From Octopus vulgaris (lineage: Eukaryota), in contig OX597824.1 of assembly GCA_951406725.2 (NCBI GenBank), positions 53,134,001-53,198,000 on the forward strand: a DNA stretch of 64,000 nt, in the 5' to 3' direction. The notes beneath the pieces are model-generated. The model did not search any database. It had not been told where the DNA came from and saw only the letters and a list, made by a program, of their open reading frames with translations. The first letter of the stretch is position 1. Each line of letters opens with the position of its first letter. This document shows positions 51,631 through 64,000 of the stretch, in pieces. Made by a program: the position numbers and the translations under genes.

Positions 51631-53421
51631 CCAAAAACCTTCTTTGCCCATGTCCAGCGGAATTCCCGCTTGAACAACCAGATTGTAACATTGGTAGACT
51701 CAACAGGCGTATCGATTGAGGACCCTTATCAACAGAGTCAATTATTTGCCGAGGCTATTTCAAATATTATCAAACAACATGATGGTCGTGAACCCCCTCC
51801 ATTTGATAGATCGTTACCTCCAATGCTTCGATTGATCATCACGCGGGACCAAGTCAAACGTGTTATTCAAGGCCTCGATGTCAACAAGGGTCACGGCCCT
51901 GACGGCATACACCCACGGGTTATCAAAGCGTTGGCTCCGGTCATCTGCGAGCCCTTAACACGACTATTCAATATGTCATTGGCGACGGGTGTTGTACCTG
52001 CAGACTGGAGAACAGCGATAATCTGCCCAATTTTCAAGAAAGGGAGCCGCGAAGACCCGCTTAACTACCGACCGGTTTCCCTTACATCAATAATCAGCAA
52101 GATGTTCGAAACCATCCTTAAGAAAAGTATGATGCTCCACCTCCTAAGCACAGCCTCGATCACTGATTCCCAACACGGCTTCGTGCCGAAGAGATCATGC
52201 TTGACCAACTTACTAGTAATGGAAGAATTGGTGACGCGCATCCTCGATGATAGTGATGCTGTTGACATCGTTTTATTGGACTTTGCCAAAGCTTTTGACT
52301 CGGTAAACCACCGCCTACTACTTGTCAAGCTTCAAGCATATAGTTTCCATCCGGATATTGTACGATGGGTTGGTGCCTTCCTCTCAGATCGCTCCTTCCA
52401 AGTTCAAGTTAATGGTTCGCGGTCCGACGTCTCCAGTGCGAGCAGTGGCGTGCCTCAAGGTTCAGTGCTTGGGCCCTTGTTGTTCTTAGTCTTCATAAAT
52501 GACTTGCCCGACGACCTCACGCAACACACCCTTCTATTTGCCGACGATATCAAACTGGTCGCTCCTCGCGGTAGTATAGAGGATCTTCGTCGATGCCTCC
52601 ACCAAATTTGGAAGTGGTCTAACGATTGGGACCTGTGTCTGAACGTGTCAAAGTGCTGTCATCTGCCTGTCGGCTCTACTCCTGCAACTCAACTTGATTT
52701 CGAGCCGGGTCGTCTGCTGCTGGAGAGGACCGATCAGGTAAAGGACCTGGGTATCTTGGTGGATTCCTCCTTTTCGCCTTCGGCCCAGTGCGTCCATGCT
52801 GCCAACAAAGCGCGCGGAATTCTGTTTTTGATTCGACGGTCATTCGGAGTGCTCACAGCAGCCATATTCCTGCCACTCTATGTCACGCTGGTGAGACCCA
52901 TATTGGAGTATGGGATTCAAGCCTCTTCTCCTTATCTCCTCAAAGACATACAGCACCTCGAAAGAGTCCAGAGGCTGGCTACCCGCCTGGTTCATGGTCT
53001 CAAAAATTTGTCCTACGAAGAAAGGCTGAGGACGCTCGACCTTTATTCTCTTGAAAACGCCGCCGCCGTGGTGATCTCATTCTCGCCCACAACATCATAA
53101 GCGGGAAGTGTAACCTCTCGAAAGAGCTGTTCTTCACTCCTGCTCCGGAGCGTCGGCTGCGGGGTCATTCCGAAAAGCTCTACCTGCGACGATTTCATCT
53201 CAATCGAAGGAGAGGAGCTTTCTCCGTCCGGGTTGCGGATCCGTGGAACAAGCTGCCAGATGAGATGGTGAAGATGCCAACGACTGCTTTGTTCAAAGCC
53301 TCCCTGGACCTCGAGTGGCCTGAACTCTTTACATGAACACCACCCTGTACTTAACTCCATGTCCCCCTACATGGCCTTGCTATTTGCTTTTGAGCCAAAT
53401 TAACTAACTAACTAACTAACT
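51631..53421 (+). mobile_element. Young 5'-truncated CR1-group LINE (RT, 3' UTR and (TAAC)n tail)
   Basis: ORF 51613-53100 with GPDGIHP, NYRPVSLTS, LDFAKAFDSV, GVPQGSVLGP and LFADD; one frameshift near 53055 (RRRRGDL frame continues to WNKLP); (TAAC)n at 53401-53421. Confidence 0.93.
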
Positions 53422-53865
53422 ATATACCGTTGGCGTATGTTTATCTCTATCTCTTTCCCTCTCCCCTTCTCTCTCATTCTCTCTCTCTATCATACGCCCA
53501 ATCAAACACACAGACACAAATTTGTCACATCACTACTAGATATATTTGACAATTGTCCCCCCCCCACACACACACACAATTACACACACACACATACATA
53601 GACACAAAAGCAGTTATATACACACACTCATACACACACATAAACACTCACACTTATTAACATAAGCAAACACCCGCGCATCCCCATTCATACAACAAAC
53701 TTTTTGTTCCCTTCCTATTTTTAATACTTCCTCCTCCCAACCAATTTTGACGTCATTGCTAATAACGGATAATTTAAAAAAAAAACACTCATTATCACTG
53801 TGGACACAATGTAGGCAGTCATCAAAAAGCTTTTGTTCGTCGTGAGACTGATAGAGGCTCCTTGT

Positions 53866-53948
53866 CTTTCCTGAAGAGAAGACGGCATAATGCACACTTT
53901 ATTCCTTCGGAATTAAGAATATGCAGTCTTCGAAACATGTGTCGAAAG
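53866..53948 (+). ncRNA. Type I hammerhead ribozyme with canonical core
   Basis: Stem I ctttc/gaaag; CTGAAGA; stem II gaagac-g-gcata...tatgc-a-gtcttc; GAAA; stem III ac(atgt)gt containing the palindrome acatgt; GTC cleavage triplet ending at 53943. Confidence 0.85.
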
Positions 53949-54004
53949 TAAAGGAATCTTGTTAAAATCTTCGTTCGACTCCATTCTTTTCATATATATA
54001 TATA

Positions 54005-54695
54005 CTAACAGTATAACCCGGCTTTGCCCGGGATTAAGTTAGGATTGTTAAGCTAATCAGATTCTTTATTTCGAACCAAACTAATATCGACGTCAAATTT
54101 GGGCGAAATCCGTTGAAATTGGTTTATTTTTTTCTGTTTTTTTTTCTGTATTGTTACCTTTAACCATTTCCACTTCGGCATCCGAAACTCAGAGTTTTAT
54201 CTTGGCTATTGTATAATTGCCACATATTAATTTACAGATAAATTTCCTCTATTTACATAATATTGAGGTCTCTTTCTTTCTTTTGTTATCTTACCGTTTT
54301 CCCCAATATATATATATAGAATTCTGTTGTGTCTGGGAAGAGTCATTTTCTTTTTGTGCCTTATAATATAGCACACTCACCGGTAAAATTTCCACGTTAT
54401 TCTTATTTTTATTTTCCTAAAATTTTCGTTGCGTCTTTGCAACCTTTCAATTGTTTTGACTCTCAAAACTATTGAAAAGGTTGCAAGACGCAACGGAAAT
54501 TTTAGGAAAATAAGAAAAAAGTGGAAATTTTACCGGTGAGTGTGCTATATTATAAGGCACAAAAAGAAATTACTCTCCCCCGACACAACAGAATATGCTT
54601 CAACACACAAACTCATATAAAGAATCTTGCAAACCAAATCCAAAGACGATGTATATATATATAATATAAATAATATAAATATATATGGGCAACAT

Positions 54696-54738
<43 letters not shown>

Positions 54739-55307
54739 TACACACACGTACGTACGTACATACACATATTACATATATGTTTTTTGTACGCATACATATA
54801 CATAAACAGAAATGAATGGAAAAAATGTTGATAAATTTGTAGACTAACACTCGCACGATTTTCACTCAGAAAAGAAAATCAGATTTTTTGCGTGGAATCA
54901 ACTATTCTGGCCTCCTAATATACTACAAAACCCTTTTTGTGGTCCGAAAAGCGGGGTGGGCTGTGGTGGAAGCCTCGGAAATTGTACCCATTTATATTGT
55001 GTAATTCACTGACAAATTGTTACCTACCTCTTTGTTTCCTCAGCGTAAAACACTTTTTTCCTCAGCGTAAAATAAAAACAAAACTCTTTCGCGTCCAAAG
55101 TAATGTGTGTGTGAGAGGAGGGAGAAACATGAACGATTTAAAATAAATAAATGATTTAAAATATATTTTAATTGTTGTGTGAGAAAGTATATATTATCTG
55201 ATTATAAAATATAGTGTCTTTAAAAAACATCCTAAATTTGAAGACTATATCTCGTGTTTAAGAAAAAAAAACATTTTACATTTTTATTTTTGATGAACGC
55301 TGTCACT

Positions 55308-55363
<56 letters not shown>

Positions 55364-55796
55364 TTGTCTTTACCTTTTTCTTTTGTTAGACGAAGGCAAA
55401 CACTCTCCCTCTCTCCCACTTTTCTTTGCCTCTTTCTTGTTAGACGCTGTCAAACTCTCTCCCTCTCTTCTTTACACATACTTTTTCTTTACTTTTTTGC
55501 TAGACACTGTCAAACACTCTCTCTCCCTCACACACACATACATACATCATCACACAACTTCTCTCTCACCCTCACACACACACACTCATACTTACACTTT
55601 TACTTGGCTATGGCAACTCATCTTAGCAAACTTCAATATTGGTAAAAGTTTTGGTTGAAAATAGATTTTTACCGCTATCCGCGAGGTACCTCGGGAAAAA
55701 ATAAGTTGACAAAACCCAGGTAGGATGGTGATAAATGTCCTCCTAAAATTGGAGCGACATGCGTGCTAATTTGTGGACCTCCATAAACTACATTCA

Positions 55797-55833
<37 letters not shown>

Positions 55834-55854
55834 CCTGCCTTTTACGTGTACAGA
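54005..55854 (-). mobile_element. Longer non-autonomous Helitron of the same family as 5116-5660, with nested insertions
   Basis: Shares gtataacccggctttgcccgggattaagttagg and the terminal aaaattggagcgacat...catcctgccttt...acaga. Confidence 0.78.
54321..54594. repeat. Long hairpin with about 135-bp arms containing a hammerhead-like motif (54469-54505)
   Basis: attctgttgtgtc...ttttga is mirrored by tcaaaa...gacacaacagaat; both arms hold gttgc aagac gcaac gaaa. Confidence 0.85.
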
Positions 55855-56160
55855 TACGACGGGTTTCTTTCAGTTTCTGTCTACCAAATCCACTCACAAG
55901 GATGTGGTCGACCCAAGTCTCTAGTATAAGACACTTGCCTAAGGTGCTTCACAGTGGGACTGAACCTGGAACCATGTGGTTTGGAAGCAAGCTTCTTATC
56001 ACACAGCCACGCCGGCGCCTACGTTCCGTCTACCAAATCCACTCACAAGGCTTTGATCGACCCAGGGCTATAGTAGAAGACACACGCCCAAGGTGTCACG
56101 CAGCATGACTGAATCTGGAACAATGTGGTTAAGAAGCTTGCCAAGCCTGTGCCCGTGTGC
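55855..56160 (-). mobile_element. Tandem SINE family B heads
   Basis: Two successive gtctaccaaatccactcacaagg...gactgaa(c/t)ctggaac units. Confidence 0.75.
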
Positions 56161-57338
56161 ATAGGCGCCTACACACACCAACATATACACACACACAAAC
56201 ACATACACAGACCTAAAGTTACACATGAGCATTCTTATGCGTTCACACGCATATTTATGCGTATGTATGGATATATATATATATGTTATGAAAAAAGTCG
56301 TCAGAATTTTGGAAAAAATCTTTTTATTTCTTCATTATTATTAGCGCTTTCGTTCCTTTCTCGAATTTGTCAAATAAAATTTTGCGAATGTACAAGCAGC
56401 TCATTTATTTATATAAAACAGATGTTTTGGTGAGGTATTGTTTAAAAGAGTACATTGTTTTTGCTTTGGGGTGGGGTGCAATGGAGATGGATAGATAGAA
56501 ATATAGGGAGATATATTTATTCCTAAATTTTCATTATTATTTGTGAGAGTATGATATGTTGGTAAAATTTCTTAGTTAATTAAGAATTATTATCCAAGTC
56601 ACTTAGTCATAACTACTATTTTTAATAATCAAGTATTTATTTTTATTTAGCAATTAAAAAAGTTATTGTTTACCGTATGACAGATACAATCTGCTTTCTA
56701 TGATACTATAGCTGTATTTTACGTCACCAAGATTTGTATTCAATATATCTTTTATTATAAGAGAATACAAAAAGATGATATTCGAGGAATTCACTAATAT
56801 TTATGAAATTATATCTATTATCCAATTAGTGTATATTTAACTTGATATTAATATTACTATTTATTTTAATTATAATTAAGATATTTTATTTTTTAAATAT
56901 CAATTTATATCTACTAGATAAATCATTTTTATTTTTAGTAACGTTTAATTCAACTGCAGTTTTTAAACCCATATTTCTAGGCATGCACACAAGACAACCT
57001 ACTCTCCCTCTTACTGTTTAGAAGTTAAAATTTGAAGAATTTCATCTACACAGAGATGGCAGCGAATCTTTCCAATGTTGTAGGAATTAGCATGGCTAAC
57101 AACTTTTTAGTACTTCACCGATACGCTGCATAAAAACTGGGTAATTTGGATGCTAACACCCCTTTAAGAGGTATATATATCCTCGCAATAATATTTATAT
57201 AAATATATACTCAAATACAACATATAAAAATACACATACGCGCACATACTCATACACCCATAAAAATATAAACCAAACCCTATTGTATCAAGCAAAATAC
57301 AAGAAAGATATGTGTACATATATGTATGTGTGTGTGTA

Positions 57339-57390
<52 letters not shown>

Positions 57391-58864
57391 CAAAAAAAGC
57401 AACAAGAATAACTTCGGTAATTTGGTACGATCGTTTCACGCTACATCATTTTATTAAATATTGTAAGTATTACAACAGTTTTAAAATGTTGAGCAATCAT
57501 CAGCCATTTATAGAGGTTTTCTATTAATACATAATTTTCATATTAATAGATAACATTATAGAGAAGGTAGATATATAGGCAAAGATGTCGATTTGAAATT
57601 TAAGAAAATTAAGGTAGTAGAGTTTATCTTCCGACTGAAGAATATTCATTAAGTTATTTTGAACTACTAGAAGGTTGGGAAGTATAATCAGTTGAAAGAA
57701 GAGAAAAAGATTTTCTATTTATAGAAATAGGGGTGAAATAAATGTCAGAAGGTCTTCATAAAGAAATTAAGGTAGAGAGGGGGTTGTAATGCCATAGAAG
57801 CTGTTTACTACTATTTGGCAAACAGATTTTGTATTAGGAAAACTATGCCAATGTCAGAGGGTCACAGTGATCACTTATATATAAAAAGTTATAGAGAATA
57901 CAGAGATCCCTTTATACTTATGTACATCAGTTTTATACTTAGCTGGTAGGTGTTGAATATTTTGATACGTTGGATTAAAGGAGAAATTATAAATCTAATA
58001 ATAATAAATCTAATATTTATTCATTTTGGAGAAAAAATCTATCATTTATTATGAGTAGGCATAATACTCAATAACTGCGGACAAAAGTCTTATTAATAAA
58101 GTGAATATATTAGGGGTCAAATATATATATATTAGAAAAACTGGAAGAGGAGTAATCAAGAAGAATAATTGTCTTAGGTGTAATAGAAGGTGATTTATTT
58201 TTATGAAGAGAAGTGCTTAAGAAGAGAAGTGCTTAAGATTTAGTAGATAGTGAATTGTTATTAATGAATTAAAATATAGAATCTGTTCGACATAATATTT
58301 TCTACCCGCGGAGAAAAGCTAATTAGTTAGGTAAAAATATCCTGGGTTAATGATATATTAAGAAATGGAAGTGAGGTAATCAAGGTGAACTGAGTAGTTT
58401 CTTTAGGGACATAGAATTTATACTATTTAATATATGAGATTATCAAAAAAAAAGAGAGAATTTAAATCTAAATATGCAATGAAGTTTTTTTAGTAACCTA
58501 TGCATGTTGAATTAAAAGCTAGTATGGTATATTCATTCTTATTTGGTTATAAAGAATTAGAATTTGAAAAATTTAGGAATGGTCAAATTGCACAACATTG
58601 TCTAGTAAAATTTGGGAACTGAAAAGGAATAATATAGAATTTAACCTGAAATGGGATATAGTAAGAAAAGTACGGCCTTATAAAAATAGTAGAGATGTTT
58701 GTGTACTTTGTTCTATGGAAACATGAAATTTTAAAACATAAAAATAATACAAATCTGTAAAATAACCGTTCTAAACTAGGAGCATCTTGCATACATCGCA
58801 CAACCCGTACGTTTAAATATTTTAAATAATAATATTGCGACCATTCCTAAATTGCTTATTTTTG

Positions 58865-58902
<38 letters not shown>

Positions 58903-59050
58903 TACACACACATACATATATGTACACATATCTTTCTTGATGCTTATTTTTTATTATAATCACCCCATGGATTTATATGGATAACACCATACAAAATTTT
59001 GGTGCATCTAACTTAAGTACCATATTCATTTGAGTCTAAACTTTGCTGAG

Positions 59051-59445
<395 letters not shown>

Positions 59446-59463
59446 TATATATAAATATTTTTT

Positions 59464-62200
59464 CATCTAGTTTCAGCTCACGAGCTGTGGCAATGCTGGG
59501 GCACCGCCATTTGGTGTTGCTACATGATGTTACTTCACGAATGCTTTTTAGCAATTGACATTTGGTGCATGAGAGAGTTTGATGCAGCTGCCCTCATTTG
59601 CACCTCCTGTCGCGAAGTTGGTTCATCTGGGACACCTGACAGGAAGAGGTCCAGCTTTATTTTGAAGACACCTACATCCACCCCATGCAGGCGTCTCAGG
59701 TCCTTCGAGAGGATATTGAAGAGCTGTGGACCTCTGAAGCCCAGGCTATTGCAGTATCTTGTCCTACATCTTGATGGCAAATTTGGAGTCCTTGGCACTA
59801 TGCAGTGGCGCCTAGCTCTAGTATTTGTGTAACTCTCGATGCCAGGATCTTCCAGATGTATATTATGGCATATATTTCTCGCTTACGCTCTAAGGAATAG
59901 AGTCTTAATCTCTTGAGTCTTTCCCTATAGCTTATATGTTGCACAGAGGCTATCTTCTTCGTGTAGCTTCGTTGGATTGCCTCAAGTTCTGAGATTAATT
60001 TGAAACTGGTTGGTGACCATAGCTGAGAGCAGTAGTCTAAGTGGCTTAGGAAAGTTTCCTCTAGAGGACCATTATGGTTTCTTGGTCTCTTGTTCTAAAA
60101 GTTCTAAGAATCCACCCGGTCAGCCGCCTACATTTCATTGCCAATTTAGCAACATGCACATGAGAGGTTGCATCATTACTCATGTAAATACCCAGGTCTC
60201 GCACTGATTGTGCCTCTGGGATTGCAATCTTTCCAGGTCCAGTGTATGTGTTGGGTATTGCATTTAGTTTTGCATGCTAATAGCACAAAGCTTGGAACTT
60301 TTCAGCATTAAACTGCATGCTATTTTTTTCAGCCCACTTGTATATTTCATCCAGTTCACATTGCAGGTGCATAGCGTCTTCAGGGTTCTGTTTTACCTGT
60401 GAAACTTTTGTATCATCTGCATAACTTGTGATCGTGACTCTCTGTGTGGCTGAGGACATGTCTGAGAGGGCCATTACGGTAGTGGTCCCAAAACAGTGTC
60501 TTGCGGAACACTACTCAACATTTGCGTGTCATTGGAGGTGACCCCTTTGGCTACTACCACCTGACTTTTATCCTTCAGAAAGCCATGAAGCCATTCTCCC
60601 AACTTTCCAACTATGCCAAGATCACACAGTTTGTGACATGATATCAAAGGCCTTTGCAAAGTCGAGATATATCACTTCCACATTTGAGTGGTTGAGCAGT
60701 TGTTTCAGCACCTAGTCATATTGTTGTAAGAGCTGAGTTAGGCAGCTTCTTTCTGGTCGGAAACTATGTTGGGTGTCAGGCAGCAAGTCATTTTCTTCAA
60801 GGAAAGCGATTAGTTTTCTTCTGACTATTCGTTCCATGAACTTGCTGATGTGTGAGGCCAGAGAGATAGGTCTGTAGTTCTTGGCCTCCGCTCTGCTACC
60901 TCCTTTATGAATAGGGCATATTTTACCCGCCTTCAGTTTTCTTGGAAGTTTGCCAGTTGCAAGGAAGCTCTGAAAGAGGGACTGCAGTGGTCTTTCTAGG
61001 ACTCGCTTACATACTTTTAGAAGGATTGCGGGGAATCCATCGGGGCCAGTAGCTGAGTTTGGGTTCATTTCATCTATAGCCCTTATTACATCGTCTTCCT
61101 TTATATTGATGTAATCAGTCATCATTGCCTCTGTTTTTATATCTGCAGTGGTAAAGAAGTCAGTTGGATTGCTGACTTGAAAGTGCCCTAGGGGTGGAGT
61201 GAAAATACTTTTGAATTGCTCATTTAGTATTTCACTTATCCTCATTGGATTTCCTGTGAGTGTACCATCTTTTTCGAGGAGTGGCCCTATCCTGCAGTGC
61301 ACCGAAACTGTTTCTTTGGCAAACTTGTAGAAAGCTCTGGGGTTAGATTTTATGTTGACTATAGCCCAGGCTTCTTTGTGTGCTCTTTCTTTTTCATGGG
61401 CGGGTTGCAGACTTTTTTCAATTTCCACCAGTTTTATTTTCAGGCGAGACTTTTCACTGCTTTCAATTTGTTTGTTTAGGCGATTTGAAACTTTTGTACG
61501 CCGTCTCATAAGAATTTGCTCTCGCTGGGAATATTGTTCTTGTATACAGTGGCCTTTCTCTCTGGGACACATTTGTAGCATATGGCTTGCATTACAGACA
61601 TGAAATGTTGAAGTTTCATGTCGATGTCCGGTGAAAAGAGACATTTAGACCAGTTTTGTTTGAGGATCTCTTTTTCAATTTGTTTCCAGTTTGCCTTATG
61701 GAAGTTCAAGCTGGAAAGATTCTGAGAGTTTCTTGTAGGCTGCATGTCCATGCTTTCCTTTGGCCCGTACATGGTCAGCTCTACCATGTTGTGATCTGAG
61801 AGTAGCGTCGGTGTCACTTTCACATTATGGATTAGATCCATATTATTTGTGAAGCAGAGATCCAGTATGTTACCTGCCCTGATTGGTTGAAGTACTATTT
61901 GCTCCATGTACAAAGTGTTGATGAGGTTTAGGAGGGACCTCACCTGTCCTTGTTCGCACCGTGTCATTCCTAGGAGAGAAAGGCCTTCGGGCCATCTAAC
62001 ATTGGGCAGATTGAAGTCTCCCATAAGAAGTACACTTATGTGTTGTCCTAATGTGACTAGAACTTCTATTTTTGTAAGGCAGACTTCAAACTTGCCTACA
62101 TGATTTGGAAAATCTGGAAGGTGATATGTAGCACATATAGCTACACAGATTTGCCTTATAAGTACAAGTAGTGTGTCACATACTGAATTTGAGAGTAACA
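59464..62200 (-). mobile_element. CR1-group LINE ORF2 (APE endonuclease and RT), decayed, with intact 3' tail
   Basis: MGDFNLP, NILDLCFTN and LSDH (APE); GPDG, NYRPISL, YLDFAKAFD, VPQ..VLGP and YADDTK (RT); 3' tail ggcggtgccccagcattgccacagctcgtgagctgaaactag. Confidence 0.92.
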
Positions 62201-62209
62201 AAATGTATG

Positions 62210-62268
<59 letters not shown>

Positions 62269-62395
62269 GCTTTTTCTTGCCTTTTTTCTCTCCGTGTTTT
62301 TTTATTAACTATATACATACATAATATGTATGTATGTATATATGTATGCATATATATATATATATGCATACATATATATATACATACATATTATG

Positions 62396-62461
<66 letters not shown>

Positions 62462-62509
62462 TACATATATATATATATACATACATAATATGTATGTATG
62501 TATATAGTT

Positions 62510-62760
62510 AATAAAAAAACACGGAGAGAAAAAAGGCAAGAAAAAGCAACATGAGTACATGCAAAGTATATACCACGAAAATAGAGAAAGAGTGGTTGTT
62601 TTACGTTTCGAGCAAACCTCTTCTTTGGAAACAGGTGGCATAAGAAAATCGAAAAGAAAAAGGAAAGAAAATAGCGCCAACAGTCTATGTATAGTTACGT
62701 TTTGGAATGACCGGAAATAGATCGACAAAGAGAAAGTGCCTTCTGGGACTGCAGAGTATG
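62510..62760 (-). mobile_element. pLTR-like element with degenerate hammerhead (62598-62632)
   Basis: Minus strand gttt-ccaaaga-agag...gctc-GAAAcgTA-aaac; ends ttttattaactata like the 59225-59445 element. Confidence 0.5.
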
Positions 62761-63002
62761 AAGAATGGTTGGTAATTGTGTGTATGTGTAGATGTGTGTG
62801 CGTGCGTATGGTAGCGTGGGTTTGTGGCAGTAACTACGTATGTGTGCGTGTGTGTGTGCGTGTTGTGGTAGTGGTATGTGTGTTTGTGTGATACCGTGTG
62901 TGCCTATGGTAGCGTGAGGGTGTATGGCAGTAACTGAGTAAATGTGCTCGTGGTAGCGTGTGTGCGTGTGGTGGTAACTGTGTGTGAGTGTGAAGCAGTG
63001 TC

Positions 63003-63372
63003 TAGGCGACTTTGTCTAAAACAATTTGTCTAAAATACAATTGATCCAAATGCAATTTGTCTAAAACACAATCTGACTAAAAGTAAAAATTGTTTATTTT
63101 TGATGAATTCGTATTTTTTCTTCATAATTTGTAATTATTCGTGTTTATATCTAGTTGTTAACTATTTATAAAAACATTAGGATTATTTTAATTCAAAATG
63201 CATAAAAAACAAAAGACAGTATTTACTGAAAGGACTTATTAAATCTTAAAAGGAAAGGTTTTTTATTAACTATATACATACATAATATGTATGTATGTAT
63301 ATATGTATGCATATATATATATATATGCATACATATATACATACATACATATTATGTATATATATATATGTA

Positions 63373-63446
<74 letters not shown>

Positions 63447-64000
63447 TACATATATATATATACATACATAATATGTATGTATGTATATAGTAATCAACAT
63501 GAACGTAATCAATAATATTTTGTGGATCAAAAGTTTGAACAAGACATTTTATTCGTTTTGCAGTATCTCGATAGCGCTTCTTTGGACGCTCTGGTTCTAT
63601 TCCAGCAATATACCCTTCAATCCGAATCTCGCTTAGATTTTGTTCCTTTTGTAAAAAAGTTAATAAATTTCCAACTGTTATGGGATGAGACCCAACTTGG
63701 CTTTCGAATGCTTCATGCCATCCTTCGAGAGAGTTATTTGTTTTGAGCAAATTATCAAGAACTCTTAAATACATACATATTCCACATACTTAGTGGGAAG
63801 AGAGGTGAACGTCGTGCATTCCTTCTGTTAGGCCTTCCAATTCACGTATCCTCGAAATAATCAATGATTTCTTGAGCTCCGTCAGGGAAGGTGTTATTAT
63901 GACATAATAACTCAAATGCTCTTGTTAGTGTACCTACTGGAGCAAATGCTAATGCTGATAGCATTCTCATCACTAAAGCAAAATTAAGGTCTGTTTCATA
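63003..64000 (-). mobile_element. MULE (Mutator-like) transposon 3' part, decayed transposase running off the window
   Basis: MLSALAFAP...IDYFEDT*IG...PLFPLSMWN...KTNNSLEGWH...HP...LQKEQ is the MULE C-terminal signature; tandem subterminal repeats aatttgtctaaaa at 63003-63082. Confidence 0.85.

Noticed and set aside
56500-58800. Possible mitochondrial insertion (very AT-rich)
   Set aside because: No recognisable mitochondrial gene, rRNA or tRNA; more likely a highly decayed LINE, but the motifs were too weak to call.
63003-63082. Short spaced repeats resembling a CRISPR array
   Set aside because: Eukaryotic context with no unique spacers; these are MULE subterminal repeats.

Overview
AT-rich, microsatellite-dense animal DNA; the SINE, LINE and Penelope repertoire suggests an octopus/coleoid cephalopod genome (inference from recall, not a search). 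No intact host protein-coding gene is evident, and most listed ORFs are microsatellite read-throughs. The window is mostly transposon remains: two R4/Dong RLE-LINE copies in (TAA)n plus two older relatives, two CR1-group LINEs, RTE and other LINE fragments, an internally deleted Ty3/Gypsy element joined to a LINE ORF1-like insert, two mariner remnants, a MULE transposase, two non-autonomous Helitrons, two tRNA-derived SINE families and a Penelope-type GIY-YIG fragment. The most notable observations are: (1) a U6 snRNA copy fused directly to the 3' tail of a CR1-type LINE present in the same window; (2) several short microsatellite-embedded, often fold-back elements carrying type I hammerhead ribozyme motifs, one fully canonical and several with variant cores; (3) a 530-bp non-coding element sharing the Dong (TAA)n target; (4) a young GC-rich CR1 that could be horizontally acquired; and (5) a possible decayed secreted Cys-rich gene on the minus strand at about 4.5-9.8 kb. 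All calls were made by eye and boundaries are approximate.
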